Shown: positions 1 to 9,653 of the stretch, piece after piece
Position numbering within the stretch: position 1 is the first letter of the stretch
How the letters are laid out: each line of letters starts with the position of its first letter
Origin: a bacterium
GTDB lineage: Bacteria > Margulisbacteria > Marinamargulisbacteria > SXXA01
Assembly (NCBI GenBank): GCA_010028705.1
Contig: RHAI01000001.1
Coordinates: 3,104 to 67,103 of the forward strand
Direction of reading: 5' to 3'
Length of the DNA stretch: 64,000 bases
Made by a program: the position numbers and the translations under genes
Notes under the pieces: generated by a model
Told to the model about the DNA's origin: nothing
The model's input: the letters and a program-made list of their open reading frames with translations, nothing else
Database searches by the model: none

Positions 1-1160
1 GAATAAGTATAACGTGTTGATGGTAGGCTGTTACGTTGGACGGACGTCAAGTTTCCGCTGACATCGTAGGCGTATGTGACAGAACCCGTGACGCCATTCG
101 GCGCAGGGTAATTAATTTTGCTGACCCTGCAGATCGTCGTCGCAACCGGAACAGCTTGATATTCGAGTGTAATGGTTCGCCCCATCGAATCAAGAATCGA
201 CACAGGACGTAACCGTTTAGTGAGACTCGACATCGAATAAACCGGATTCATCGGCGCCGTCCCTGCATTAATCATGTCTATGAGGCGCTTATAAGTCTGC
301 CCAACAATGTGGGGTATTCGATATACTGCCAAATTGTCACTTTCATATTTACTCGTTTGGACCTGCATAATGTACCGGGTCGAATAGCTCTTGCTATCTT
401 GAATTGGAGGGCTAAATTCCTGATATGTTATCGTCGATTTATTTCCAAACAGGTCGCCAATAGACGTTAGGCAAAACCCACGAATGGTTAAGTCCTCGCC
501 ATATAAACCGTGAACCTCATTATAAAACTCCCTTTCAAATGAATAAACGATGCCATCCAGGGTAGTCATCACAACCTTGGCAATCGGCGATGTTCGTGAA
601 GACTGAGGATTTTGGATGCGAATTCCCGAAGCGTCGAAAAGTTCGATACGACTTTGGTTAGGGGTATCCCGGGTCCGATATTCTTCGCCCGCGTTCCCAG
701 TCGCATCAAAGATTTCTAAGGAGCCAGAATCCAAAATAACTCGACAATTTTTTAAGTCATATTCACGCACTACATACACTCGCATCCCGATGTTCATATT
801 CCAACCATTTCCTATCAAGGCTCCCCATAACCTGTTACTTGTCGCGGATATTTCGGCCGAAGAACGATAATTTCGACTGCTGTAGAACCGCGATAAATTT
901 AATCCAACCGGGCCTTTGCCAGGGAGTTCCAAATCGACTACAGCCTGCACGACATGTCCTCTCGCGATATCCAAATCGTCGTGTGTCGCACTCAACTCTC
1001 GTGTGGAATAAGAATTTACTTTTTCAAACCCGGCAACACCAGGTCCGTATGAAACCATGTCTGTCGCCGAAAACACGACTGTCGCGAAGGCTAGACAAGA
1101 TACGCATACACTGGTAGACAAACTGAGCCAACATCTCGATGTCATTAATAAGTTAGTCAT
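1..1160 (-). CDS. Secreted protein; N-terminal part only, the gene continues beyond the window start. It has a signal-peptide-like N-terminus and a YD-repeat-like motif near the window edge.
   Basis: Manual minus-strand translation from the ATG at 1158-1160 gives MTNLLMTSRCWLSLSTSVCVSCLAFATVVFSATDM..., a hydrophobic signal-like segment. The frame stays open to position 1. Near the edge it reads ...NYPAPNGVTGSVTYAYDVSGNLTSVQ, resembling the Rhs/teneurin YD-repeat consensus YxYDxxGxLxxV. The ORF track omits it because it is truncated. The plus-strand ORFs 616-870 and 839-1117 are antisense to it. Confidence 0.5.
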   Translation of the reverse strand, partial: MTNLLMTSRCWLSLSTSVCVSCLAFATVVFSATDMVSYGPGVAGFEKVNSYSTRELSATHDDLDIARGHVVQAVVDLELPGKGPVGLNLSRFYSSRNYRSSAEISATSNRLWGALIGNGWNMNIGMRVYVVREYDLKNCRVILDSGSLEIFDATGNAGEEYRTRDTPNQSRIELFDASGIRIQNPQSSRTSPIAKVVMTTLDGIVYSFEREFYNEVHGLYGEDLTIRGFCLTSIGDLFGNKSTITYQEFSPPIQDSKSYSTRYIMQVQTSKYESDNLAVYRIPHIVGQTYKRLIDMINAGTAPMNPVYSMSSLTKRLRPVSILDSMGRTITLEYQAVPVATTICRVSKINYPAPNGVTGSVTYAYDVSGNLTSVQRNSLPSTRYTY

Positions 1161-1164
1161 CTGT

Positions 1165-2583
1165 TTATTGGGACAGAGCCTTCAATTTCTTAATTTCGAA
1201 GTTTAACTCATTGAGCTGTTTTTTCAGCTGAATCACATACAAGGTCAACTCTTCAATCTTTTTCATATGAATTTGTTGCATTTCAGCGACATTGATTCCC
1301 TTCGATTTAATATCCGACTCGGACGGAACGTCGGGCAAATGTTTATTATTTTTCACATATTCAGCCAACTCCGACAGCGGTCGAAGCGAATAATTAGGCT
1401 CAAACACGTAATCCGCCCACCCGGTGGTCGACACGAAAAAATCTTGCGCGGTTATCGTGCCATCAACGCGGACATTTCCACTGATATGCAGCTTTTCTAA
1501 CGGAGCGGTGGTACCAATACCTATATTTCCAGACGCTGTGATAGTCAATCGGGGCGATAACGTCGACACCAATGATGACGAATTGGTTGAAAATAAAAGG
1601 CGACCACCGTTACCTTGCAGCTCGCTGATGCCCTGAATGCTGGCAAATCGAGGCGACGTCAACGAACTAAATACAATATTTAAGCCTTCTGAAGATCCAC
1701 TTCCAGGATCCTCTAAAGTCAAGCCATCTTGAATTCCGTAGATATTTGCCGGTCTCAAATGTAATAACGATTGTGGTACCATCGTACCAATACCAACTTT
1801 TCCGTCATACGTTATCCGCATACGCTCAGATGTTAATTGCGTCCCCGATGAATTCCCGGTATGAAATTGGAGGTTATGATTCCCTGACGGACCGACGGCA
1901 CCAATTCGAAAGCTATTATCCGCGCCGTAATGGCCCAAAACCCCATACTGGTTCTCTGGGGTTCCTTCCCCAATTTTAACCGTAACAATCGAGCTGCCGC
2001 CACCAAGATTTTGAAAATGAGCCGCTAAAAGCTCGGTATTTTGGCTATATTTAGCCGCGTGAAGCATCGCGTCTGGCGCCGTCGTCCCAATCCCCACGTT
2101 TCCGCTCACAACAGTTAACCCGCCCGACACCTGCATCGTGCCGCCATCTGGAATCATCAGTGTTTTTCGATTTGCTAAATAATCAAAAAAGTACAATTGT
2201 CGATCCCTGGCCGAATAGGTGATGTCCCAGCGTAATTGAGCCGTTCCACCGTTAGCGGAGGGTGCCATAAACATCAGCCCCAACCATCCATTGTTGGTAC
2301 CATTATTGTCGATTGTTTGTCCGGCAGATGTTGTCATGAGTGTGATAATCGGATTGGTATTTTTTAGGTGGAGGTAGGTTTGTGGGACATCGGTGCCCAA
2401 CCCGAAATTGCCATTAGATGAATTGTAATAGATCGCACTCGGGTCAAACGCAGCCCCAATGCTGACCGACATGATCACCACCCCCGCCGCCACCTGGACG
2501 ATACGCCCAGCGATGCGCTGATGCCATCCGCGACCGTCCCCGTTCGATGGTGAAAATAGCTGTTTACTGAATCGTTCGATCAT
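1165..2583 (-). CDS. Glycine-rich repeat protein with a tail-fiber-like C-terminal domain (intramolecular-chaperone / peptidase S74-like, coiled-coil tail)
   Basis: A 472 aa ORF with repeated G(N/K)(V/I)GIGTxxP...LH motifs. The C-terminus reads ...ITAQDFFVSTTGWADYVFEPNYSLRPLSELAEYVKNNKHLPDVPSESDIK..., followed by a heptad-like KKIEELTLYVIQLKKQLNELNFEIKKLK. This is typical of Bacteroidota 'tail fiber domain-containing' proteins. Its stop lies 4 nt from the start of the downstream gene. Confidence 0.6.
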   Translation of the reverse strand: MIERFSKQLFSPSNGDGRGWHQRIAGRIVQVAAGVVIMSVSIGAAFDPSAIYYNSSNGNFGLGTDVPQTYLHLKNTNPIITLMTTSAGQTIDNNGTNNGWLGLMFMAPSANGGTAQLRWDITYSARDRQLYFFDYLANRKTLMIPDGGTMQVSGGLTVVSGNVGIGTTAPDAMLHAAKYSQNTELLAAHFQNLGGGSSIVTVKIGEGTPENQYGVLGHYGADNSFRIGAVGPSGNHNLQFHTGNSSGTQLTSERMRITYDGKVGIGTMVPQSLLHLRPANIYGIQDGLTLEDPGSGSSEGLNIVFSSLTSPRFASIQGISELQGNGGRLLFSTNSSSLVSTLSPRLTITASGNIGIGTTAPLEKLHISGNVRVDGTITAQDFFVSTTGWADYVFEPNYSLRPLSELAEYVKNNKHLPDVPSESDIKSKGINVAEMQQIHMKKIEELTLYVIQLKKQLNELNFEIKKLKALSQ

Positions 2584-2611
2584 GTGTGACTCTCCTGTGT
2601 GGTGTGTTTAG

Positions 2612-3553
2612 TTACCATTTAATTCGGACCCCCAATCGATACGTGGGTTCCATACCATCGATCGACGGTTGAAAATATGACAAATCGATACCGGAGTTCC
2701 CGAGACGAAGACCGGTTCCAATGGTCCATCCCCGACTGGCGACGTTACCCCACACGGGAATATACTCAGACAGCCAATATTCAGCACCAGCGCGCGTCAA
2801 CGTTTCTTTTGGCCAATATCCGATCTCAGCAATGGTCGTCAAGCGATCATCAAGCCATCGATACCGCATCCCTAATTCAACCGCCGAATCAACCGCCTCA
2901 ATCGTTCGTGATGGGGTATCCCAAGCCATTTGGGGAGCGATAATATTCCGAAATACGACTCCGAAATCGCCCCAGGGCCACGGTGTCCACTGAAGGCCAA
3001 TATCCGCACCAACACCCGATCCAACAAATCCCGCGCCGGTCTCATATATCCATTTACCTGCCACCCCTAAAGAGATTTGAGGAGTGATACGATATGCACT
3101 GGCTATTGTAATTCCCCTACCCAAATAACTGAGAGGATCCCCGGTCTCGTGGAGTCGTTTATCCAATACAGACTGGGCCGTTTGAGGCGAAATCAGTTGG
3201 GTATTGATCATCCCGATACCAACTCCCAGTGTCGATGTCATCCACGCTACTTGGGCTTCGGTGTAATCAGACTCCAAATAATGATAAGCGGTTCCCCCAA
3301 TGATAAGGCCTTGATCAGCGGCAAGCCCGGCGGGATTGCCACATACCGCATCAAATCCCTGCTCAGTAGTAATCCCACCCAATCCCGTCAAATGAGCTTG
3401 GCCCATATTTTCCATAAATACCGCCGCACCTGTTGCGGCATAGCCACCTACCGACCATAGACCCACGCATCCAATAATCATGACCATTCCCATCAGTCGC
3501 GAGATGTGGCGTTTATCAATGATTGTCACAGTATTCGATCCCTTCCCATCCAA
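2612..3553 (-). CDS. Outer-membrane beta-barrel protein, possibly PorP/SprF-like
   Basis: A 313 aa ORF with an N-terminal hydrophobic segment. The remainder has an alternating Gly/aromatic-rich pattern typical of beta-barrels and ends in ...YRLGVRIKW, an aromatic C-terminus. It sits between a T9SS-CTD protein and a fibre-like protein, as PorP/SprF genes usually do. Confidence 0.4.
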   Translation of the reverse strand: MDGKGSNTVTIIDKRHISRLMGMVMIIGCVGLWSVGGYAATGAAVFMENMGQAHLTGLGGITTEQGFDAVCGNPAGLAADQGLIIGGTAYHYLESDYTEAQVAWMTSTLGVGIGMINTQLISPQTAQSVLDKRLHETGDPLSYLGRGITIASAYRITPQISLGVAGKWIYETGAGFVGSGVGADIGLQWTPWPWGDFGVVFRNIIAPQMAWDTPSRTIEAVDSAVELGMRYRWLDDRLTTIAEIGYWPKETLTRAGAEYWLSEYIPVWGNVASRGWTIGTGLRLGNSGIDLSYFQPSIDGMEPTYRLGVRIKW

Positions 3554-3567
3554 TAATTCACCGGACG

Positions 3568-4476
3568 CTATTTGATCACTAGCAGGCGATTTCGCCCCGA
3601 AACGCGATCACTGCCCGATCTGGCGGTTACAACAATGAGATAGGGTCCATTGGCGACCATCTCGCCAGTCCCATCACGACCATTCCATGAGACCCGATTA
3701 AATCCGGGCGACGCACCGTCACGCCCAGCAGGTACGAAATCGGTCCAAATCATACGGCCATTCATGGCAACAATTTTGATATCGATATCCGCCGCACGCG
3801 ATAATTGATACTCGATGACCGCCGTCGACTGATTCGGGTTTAACGGATTGGGCCCACTGATTAATCCAGATAGTCGAAGTGCGGATTCAGCGCGTAAATT
3901 AGAAATCGTACTGGCACTATAGTTCCCTCCAGAATCCCACACCTCAAGCCGCAACGAGTAGATTCCATTCGGCAATGGAGACGTGACTCGCATCGACGCC
4001 GTAACCGAGGACTGAGTCTCACCCTGGCGATTTTCAGATACAAGGGTCTGGTTGGAGGCGTCATTGAGTGAAATATTCCAACTCGATATCGTCGAATCGA
4101 TATCAAAAAAGCCCGCCTCAAACACCGTTGATACCCCAATAGAATCGCCCGTGCTCACCCATTGGCCCGCTGACATTACCCCTCGGATGCCGGGAGGGTT
4201 TATATCCAACGCCAATGGAACGGAGTCACTACCCGATGCCTTAAAATCAGACCCTACCCCTCGGTTGGCCGAACTCTCTTTATTAGCGGTTGTGGTCCGA
4301 ATCGGATTCGCCCCACCGCCGACCAACTGAACACGGGTCGGAGTAGCGGTATCGCGACGGATCTGATACTCGTTTGGAATGTCCGGACGATTGTTGGTCA
4401 ATGCAAGACTCGGCCGAGCGTACACTGCGCCTAGCATCATCAACAGAATCGCGATTTGAAATGGTAAACGAGTCAC
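3568..4476 (-). CDS. Secreted protein with a T9SS-type C-terminal sorting domain (FlgD Ig-like fold)
   Basis: A 302 aa ORF with a signal peptide (MTRLPFQIAILLMMLGAVYARPSLA). The C-terminal ~85 aa read NPLNPNQSTAVIEYQLSRAADIDIKIVAMNGRMIWT...RVSWNGRDGTGEMVANGPYLIVVTARSGSDRVSGRNRLLVIK. This matches the Por-secretion CTD pattern NPFNP..T.I.Y.L....V.L.IYD..G..V........G.H...W.G.......G.Y.....A......K. Confidence 0.55.
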   Translation of the reverse strand: MTRLPFQIAILLMMLGAVYARPSLALTNNRPDIPNEYQIRRDTATPTRVQLVGGGANPIRTTTANKESSANRGVGSDFKASGSDSVPLALDINPPGIRGVMSAGQWVSTGDSIGVSTVFEAGFFDIDSTISSWNISLNDASNQTLVSENRQGETQSSVTASMRVTSPLPNGIYSLRLEVWDSGGNYSASTISNLRAESALRLSGLISGPNPLNPNQSTAVIEYQLSRAADIDIKIVAMNGRMIWTDFVPAGRDGASPGFNRVSWNGRDGTGEMVANGPYLIVVTARSGSDRVSGRNRLLVIK

Positions 4477-4536
4477 TATAACCCCTTAAAGTTGTAAAAC
4501 GGGGGATTATAGGGATCGATGGTCGAACCGTCAACT

Positions 4537-6099
4537 TTACTTGGTATTTTTGACTATTGATTCCTCAAACAATGACAAGCCGGCCTTCGCACCTTCACCC
4601 ACCGCAATGACGATTTGTTTAAACGGCACCGTCGTCACGTCACCAGCGGCGTAAATCCCGTCGGAGCTGGTTTTACATTTTGAGTCCACAATGATTTCTC
4701 CCGACGCATTACAATCCACAACGCCACATACAAACTGGCTGTTTGGAACCAACCCGATTTGGACAAAAACACCCTCAACATCGAGAATCTGACGCTCTCC
4801 GGTCGATCGATTTTCAACCGACAAACCGACTACTTTTTGACCGTTACCTACCACTTCGACGGGAGCCGCATGGGTCACAATAGAAACATTGGGTAATCCT
4901 ATCGCTTTATCCACCAAAATTTGGTCAGCCTTCAGCTGTGGAGCAAATTCGACAACCACGACTGACTGGGCAATACCCGCCAAATCAATCGCCGCCTCAA
5001 TACCTGAATTACCCCCACCCACCACCGCCACCGATTTCCCCTTGTAGAAGGGACCGTCACAGTGCGGGCAATAGGCGACGCCTCGGCCAATGTACTCCGC
5101 CTCCCCGGGCACACCCAGCTTACGCCACTGAGCTCCCGTCGCGACAATAATCGATCTCGCACGCAGTGATTCCCCACTCGATAAATGCAGAGTTTTTATC
5201 ATACCGGTATCAATTCCGACGACTCGCCGGTTTTCGTAGCAGTCGATGCCATTCTCCGTAGCATGGCGCCGCAAATTAGCCGCTAAATCCGATCCCTCGG
5301 TATAGGGAATCGAAATAAAGTTCTCGATTCCCTTTGTATCATTTAACTGCCCCCCAATTCGGTCGGCCACAATTGCCGTTCGCAATCCCTTACGGGCGGT
5401 GTAAATTGCAGAACTGATTCCAGACGGCCCGCCGCCGATGATGGCCACATCCACTTCCGGTAATTCTTGGGGACTGTTATCCGCCGACTCATCCGACCCC
5501 ACATGCGCCGAAATGGCCTCGATCAGCTCCATTAAATTAGCTCGCCCCGAACTCACCAGATGCGTTCCGGACATCACACTGGGGACCCCCTGGATACCCA
5601 ACGCAGTAATCTGGTCTGGCACATAGGCCCCATCGACCATTTCATGCTCAAAATCAGGATGAATTAACGCCATTTGATTGAGTGCCTGAACAACATCCGG
5701 ACAATTTTCGCACGTGAGAGAGATAAATGTTTTGAGTCGGATCGGCCCCCGAAGGTGTCGGATACGACGCTGAATCCCATCATCTGGCAATTTGCCTTTA
5801 CCATCACTATTCAGTAGGGCAACGATTAGCGATGTAAATTCATGTCCCGTCGGGATTCCGGTAAAGCGAATACCCGTGGGACCGTGAACCGTATGAATGT
5901 GCAACTGAGGTACCGGCGCCATCTCCCCTCGTTCAATAACCTGAACATGAGGTGCAACCGACGCAATATCACTCAGCAAGGCCATCAATGCCGGACCATC
6001 CGGATGGGAGGTCGGATTCACCTGACACACAACCGTCGATGTCAACACACCTAACACCGTTTTGAGCTGAGCTTTTATTGAATCGTTCATCGTGTCCAA
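4537..6099 (-). CDS. ahpF: Alkyl hydroperoxide reductase subunit F (thioredoxin-reductase-like flavoprotein)
   Basis: A 520 aa ORF with an N-terminal CxxC (LTCENCPDV), a FAD/NAD Rossmann fold (GGGPSGISSAIY, GGGNSGIEAAIDLAG) and a redox-active CPHCDG. It lies immediately downstream of ahpC. Confidence 0.85.
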   Translation of the reverse strand: MDTMNDSIKAQLKTVLGVLTSTVVCQVNPTSHPDGPALMALLSDIASVAPHVQVIERGEMAPVPQLHIHTVHGPTGIRFTGIPTGHEFTSLIVALLNSDGKGKLPDDGIQRRIRHLRGPIRLKTFISLTCENCPDVVQALNQMALIHPDFEHEMVDGAYVPDQITALGIQGVPSVMSGTHLVSSGRANLMELIEAISAHVGSDESADNSPQELPEVDVAIIGGGPSGISSAIYTARKGLRTAIVADRIGGQLNDTKGIENFISIPYTEGSDLAANLRRHATENGIDCYENRRVVGIDTGMIKTLHLSSGESLRARSIIVATGAQWRKLGVPGEAEYIGRGVAYCPHCDGPFYKGKSVAVVGGGNSGIEAAIDLAGIAQSVVVVEFAPQLKADQILVDKAIGLPNVSIVTHAAPVEVVGNGQKVVGLSVENRSTGERQILDVEGVFVQIGLVPNSQFVCGVVDCNASGEIIVDSKCKTSSDGIYAAGDVTTVPFKQIVIAVGEGAKAGLSLFEESIVKNTK

Positions 6100-6135
6100 C
6101 CTCCTAATGGTGACTCGGGAATCCCAGAGCGCAGA

Positions 6136-6735
6136 TTACAGTTTACCGACTAAATCTAAGCTAGGTTCCAACGTCGATTCACCGGGATTCCATTTGGCTG
6201 GACATACCTCTTTTGGGTGTTTCGCGATGTATTGTGCCGCTTGGACTTTGCGAAGTAGCTCGTCGGCGTTACGACCGATCCCATTATCTGTTACTTCAAT
6301 CGACTTAATGGACCCGTCGGGCGCCACGATAAACGTCCCACGTCGCGCAATCCCATCCTCTTCGTTATAGACCCCAAAGGCACGAGATATCCGTGCGGTC
6401 GGATCCGCTAACATTGGGAATGTGATAGTTTTAATCGTGTCAGAGGCATCATGCCATGCCTTGTGGGTAAAATGGGTATCGGTGCTCACGGACACCACTT
6501 CAACGCCCATCGATTGAAGTTGGGGATATTTTTCGGCAACGTCAGCCAATTCGGTGGGACACACAAACGTAAAATCCGCCGGATAGAAAAAGAACACCAC
6601 CCATTTTCCGGAAAAATCATTTGAACTGACATCGATAAATGTATTGGCGTGGTACGCTTTTGCTGTGAATTCGGGGAGTTTAGAATTAATTGTTACGGTC
6701 ATTGAACATCTCCTTAAAAAATTTGATGGCGCCAT
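6136..6735 (-). CDS. ahpC: Peroxiredoxin AhpC (typical 2-Cys)
   Basis: A 199 aa ORF with the FTFVCPTEL peroxidatic Cys motif and a resolving Cys near the C-terminus (EVCPAKW). Confidence 0.9.
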   Translation of the reverse strand: MAPSNFLRRCSMTVTINSKLPEFTAKAYHANTFIDVSSNDFSGKWVVFFFYPADFTFVCPTELADVAEKYPQLQSMGVEVVSVSTDTHFTHKAWHDASDTIKTITFPMLADPTARISRAFGVYNEEDGIARRGTFIVAPDGSIKSIEVTDNGIGRNADELLRKVQAAQYIAKHPKEVCPAKWNPGESTLEPSLDLVGKL

Positions 6736-6773
6736 TGTCTCGGAACATCACGCCTATTTCCAATTCAAAAACA

Positions 6774-6798
6774 CTATCATATAATAGTTTTAAACTAT
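6774..6798. promoter_or_regulatory. Candidate OxyR/LysR-type operator in the ahpC-oxyR divergent intergenic region
   Basis: The sequence CTATcatataATAGttttaaaCTAT contains an ATAG-N7-CTAT dyad plus an extra CTAT half-site. It resembles the OxyR ATAGnTnnnAnCTAT repeat architecture and sits between divergent ahpCF and oxyR. Confidence 0.4.
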
Positions 6799-6829
6799 CA
6801 TAAATTTTTTACAATCCGACAAACCTATC

Positions 6830-7738
6830 ATGATTTCGATGAGTCAAGTGGAATATATACTCGCGGTGGCACGTACCGGGCATTTCGGGAAAGCGGCTCG
6901 GGAATGCCATATCAGCCAACCGTCCTTGTCCTCGCAAATTCAAAAAGCCGAGATCCATTTCGGTGTGACCCTATTCGATCGGAGTACAAAGCCTGTGACC
7001 GTCACGGAAGCCGGGCAACCCATTATCGACCATGCCATGGTGTTGATGGACGACTATCAGCAATTTGTCACTGCCACGGCCCGGCAAACGCCATTAAGTG
7101 GGACGTTTCACCTGGGCACCATTCCTACAATTGCGCCGTACTTATTACCGATGATTCTGCCCACCTTTTCTAAGACATATCCACACATTCAACTCACCGT
7201 ATCGATTGAGAAGACGCACACTCTCCTTGAGATGATGGATAGCCATCGTCTCGATGCCGCCATCCTAGCGACCGAACACGATGACCATCGACTGCACCAG
7301 GATCCCGTCGGATCCGATCCATTTTGGGTTGTAAGCTCAGACCCGGACATTTTGAGCCATTCGACCGTGACCCCGGATCTCCTCCACACCGTACCGCTGT
7401 GGCTATTAGACGACGGGCATTGTTTTCGGGACCAAGTGATCGACATGTGCCACCTCGATATCGGCCAACAGGGACTGCCTAATGTTCAATTTCGAGGTGG
7501 TAGCCTGGAAACCTTGATGCATTTAATCCAAAACGGTATCGGAACCACGTTAATTCCCGAAATGGCCATTCGATTTCTGCCAGCCAATACCCAGACCGCC
7601 ATCCGTCCGTTGGCCGCCCCCACCCCCGCTCGCACCATTCGTATCTCCCGGCGCAGCAAAAATCCCAAACGGTCGATTGCAGCGATTTTTCACACCCTGT
7701 GTCATGACGCGATGACGGCACCGCATGGGATGGGATAA
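6830..7738 (+). CDS. oxyR: LysR-family hydrogen-peroxide sensor/regulator OxyR
   Basis: A 302 aa ORF with an N-terminal LysR HTH (VEYILAVARTGHFGKAARECHISQPSLSSQIQKAE). It has a redox Cys pair spaced like OxyR C199/C208 (GHCFRDQVIDMCH). It is divergent from ahpCF. Confidence 0.8.
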   Translation: MISMSQVEYILAVARTGHFGKAARECHISQPSLSSQIQKAEIHFGVTLFDRSTKPVTVTEAGQPIIDHAMVLMDDYQQFVTATARQTPLSGTFHLGTIPTIAPYLLPMILPTFSKTYPHIQLTVSIEKTHTLLEMMDSHRLDAAILATEHDDHRLHQDPVGSDPFWVVSSDPDILSHSTVTPDLLHTVPLWLLDDGHCFRDQVIDMCHLDIGQQGLPNVQFRGGSLETLMHLIQNGIGTTLIPEMAIRFLPANTQTAIRPLAAPTPARTIRISRRSKNPKRSIAAIFHTLCHDAMTAPHGMG

Positions 7739-7743
7739 TCCCG

Positions 7744-9567
7744 CTACGACGGGTTGGATTCCGACGGCAATATCGCTTCGCCCCGTTTGTCGGCCAAGTT
7801 CCAAAACTCCCAAAACCGTCCCCGCCGCTCAAGTAACTGATGGAGGGAACCTATTTCGATCACGCGCCCCCCATCCAAGACAACAATGCGGTCCATTTCG
7901 GCAATCGTACTGAGCCGATGGGCAATGACAATCGCCGTGACGCCACCCAAAAATCGATGCAATGACTCTTGAATTTTTTCTTCGGATTCGACATCCAGAT
8001 GAGACGTCGCTTCGTCCATTAATATGATATCGGGACGCCGTGCGATCGCACGCGCAATTCCCAACCGCTGACGCTCCCCTCCCGATAGCTTTACCCCTTT
8101 CTCACCAATCATGGTGTCGAGGCCATCCGGTAATTTGGCCACTAGATCTCTCAGGTTGGCCGTATCGATGACACTATCCAACGACGGGTCGGTGCTGTTA
8201 TCGCCTGAGGTGGCGATCATAATATTATCCCTCAAAGACACATTGAATACTTCCGTGTCCTGTAATACCACCGACACATGGTTAAAATAATCCGAGGACT
8301 TGATATCCGTGATCGATACATCATCAAATTGAATATCGCCGCTAAATCCCTCGCGTTCTTTGAGTAACAATTTGAAGAGAGTCGATTTTCCGGCACCCGA
8401 CAACCCAACAATCCCAACCTTCTCGCCACGATGAATCGTGAGCGATATGTCATGGAGGACGGGGACCTCCGCATAGGCAAATGACAGGTGGGTCAGGGTC
8501 AGGCGCTGCCACTGGCTCGGGAAGGCACGTTTATCCGTGTCATTTTCAATCACGATTGGGGTCCGTAACAGGTCCCGTAATCGTGAGATGCTGAACTGCG
8601 CGACCATCACATCCATTGATACCGACGACAACTCATCGATGGCTGTTCGTAAATCCGAAAAGTAGCTATTGAATAAAATGAGAAATGCCAGCTCATACCG
8701 GCCAATAAAAATCCCATAAATTATCCACCCCACCATTGCCACACGGGCCACGCCTTCCCAGATCGCCAGTACCATATTACGCGATTGATACCGATAAATT
8801 CGGATGGCAATCCGATTCAATACCGCCTCGGATCCATTCCAAAGCCGATCCAAAAACCGAGAGGTAATCCCCATCGCTTTGACCGTCCGAATCGTGTTGA
8901 TCGACTCAAATACGATGCCGCTGAGCTGTTCCTCGTAGTCATTCACCACTCGTGCGGCCGCACTAGCCTGCCGCGTTAGGTACAAGGAAAGTGCAAAATA
9001 GCTCATCAGAAATAGCACAACACAGGCCACAATCCGGTGATCAAACTGAGCAATCACCACCTGAATCGCCACGAGATGGACAATGATTTGAATAATATTC
9101 ATAAACCAAATTCGAATCAGGCGATTGAAGCCATCACTGGCGTTTTGAATTCGCTTCACCTTGTTGCCGGCATTTTCGAGCTCATGCCACCCCATGTCGA
9201 GGCGAAACAAGTGAGTCACCGCCTCCAGTGTACAATCAACCGACACGCGCTCGGCCACCCAAAACCCATACCGTTTCCCAACGTAATGGCAGACATTTCG
9301 ACCGATGACAGCCACCACCCACAGTCCCAACACGACAGCCATCGGCACCACGGATTGGCCCGGGTGATAGTGTGTGATCATCGTTACAATTTGAGCGAAC
9401 GCGTACGCTGGAAACAACCACAGAACATCCCCAGTCATGCGAACCAGGCTGGCAAATATAAACTGCGAACGATATCGATGGAGTCGGCCCGCCATGTCTC
9501 GCAACAGTTCACGCATATAAACCACCCTACCAAAGACCCGCGAATTAAACCATTCGTGCGCTGACAA
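7744..9567 (-). CDS. ABC exporter with fused permease and ATPase
   Basis: A 607 aa ORF with about six predicted TM helices in the N-terminal half. The C-terminal NBD carries Walker A (GLSGAGKST), the signature LSGGERQRLGIARA, Walker B (ILMDEATSHLD) and an H-loop. Confidence 0.8.
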   Translation of the reverse strand: MSAHEWFNSRVFGRVVYMRELLRDMAGRLHRYRSQFIFASLVRMTGDVLWLFPAYAFAQIVTMITHYHPGQSVVPMAVVLGLWVVAVIGRNVCHYVGKRYGFWVAERVSVDCTLEAVTHLFRLDMGWHELENAGNKVKRIQNASDGFNRLIRIWFMNIIQIIVHLVAIQVVIAQFDHRIVACVVLFLMSYFALSLYLTRQASAAARVVNDYEEQLSGIVFESINTIRTVKAMGITSRFLDRLWNGSEAVLNRIAIRIYRYQSRNMVLAIWEGVARVAMVGWIIYGIFIGRYELAFLILFNSYFSDLRTAIDELSSVSMDVMVAQFSISRLRDLLRTPIVIENDTDKRAFPSQWQRLTLTHLSFAYAEVPVLHDISLTIHRGEKVGIVGLSGAGKSTLFKLLLKEREGFSGDIQFDDVSITDIKSSDYFNHVSVVLQDTEVFNVSLRDNIMIATSGDNSTDPSLDSVIDTANLRDLVAKLPDGLDTMIGEKGVKLSGGERQRLGIARAIARRPDIILMDEATSHLDVESEEKIQESLHRFLGGVTAIVIAHRLSTIAEMDRIVVLDGGRVIEIGSLHQLLERRGRFWEFWNLADKRGEAILPSESNPS

Positions 9568-9653
9568 TGGCGCCCGGGGGATTCTCGACCTATGTCCCTC
9601 ACATACAGGGTCTGCTACGCGTTATCGGGGGCTCACTACCGGGTTATCGGACC

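Noticed and set aside
616-1117. Plus-strand ORFs 616-870 and 839-1117
   Set aside because: They are antisense to a continuous minus-strand reading frame that starts at 1160 with a signal peptide and stays open to the window edge. They have no SD, so they are treated as shadow ORFs.
4283-4534. 83-aa ORF overlapping the start of the T9SS-CTD gene and the ahpF-proximal intergenic region
   Set aside because: It is antisense or out of frame relative to a well-supported gene and contains its promoter region. It has no independent support.
9568-9653. preQ1 riboswitch between queE and the ABC exporter
   Set aside because: No match to the short preQ1-I or preQ1-II consensus on the minus strand. The region is GC-rich without the characteristic A-rich tail.
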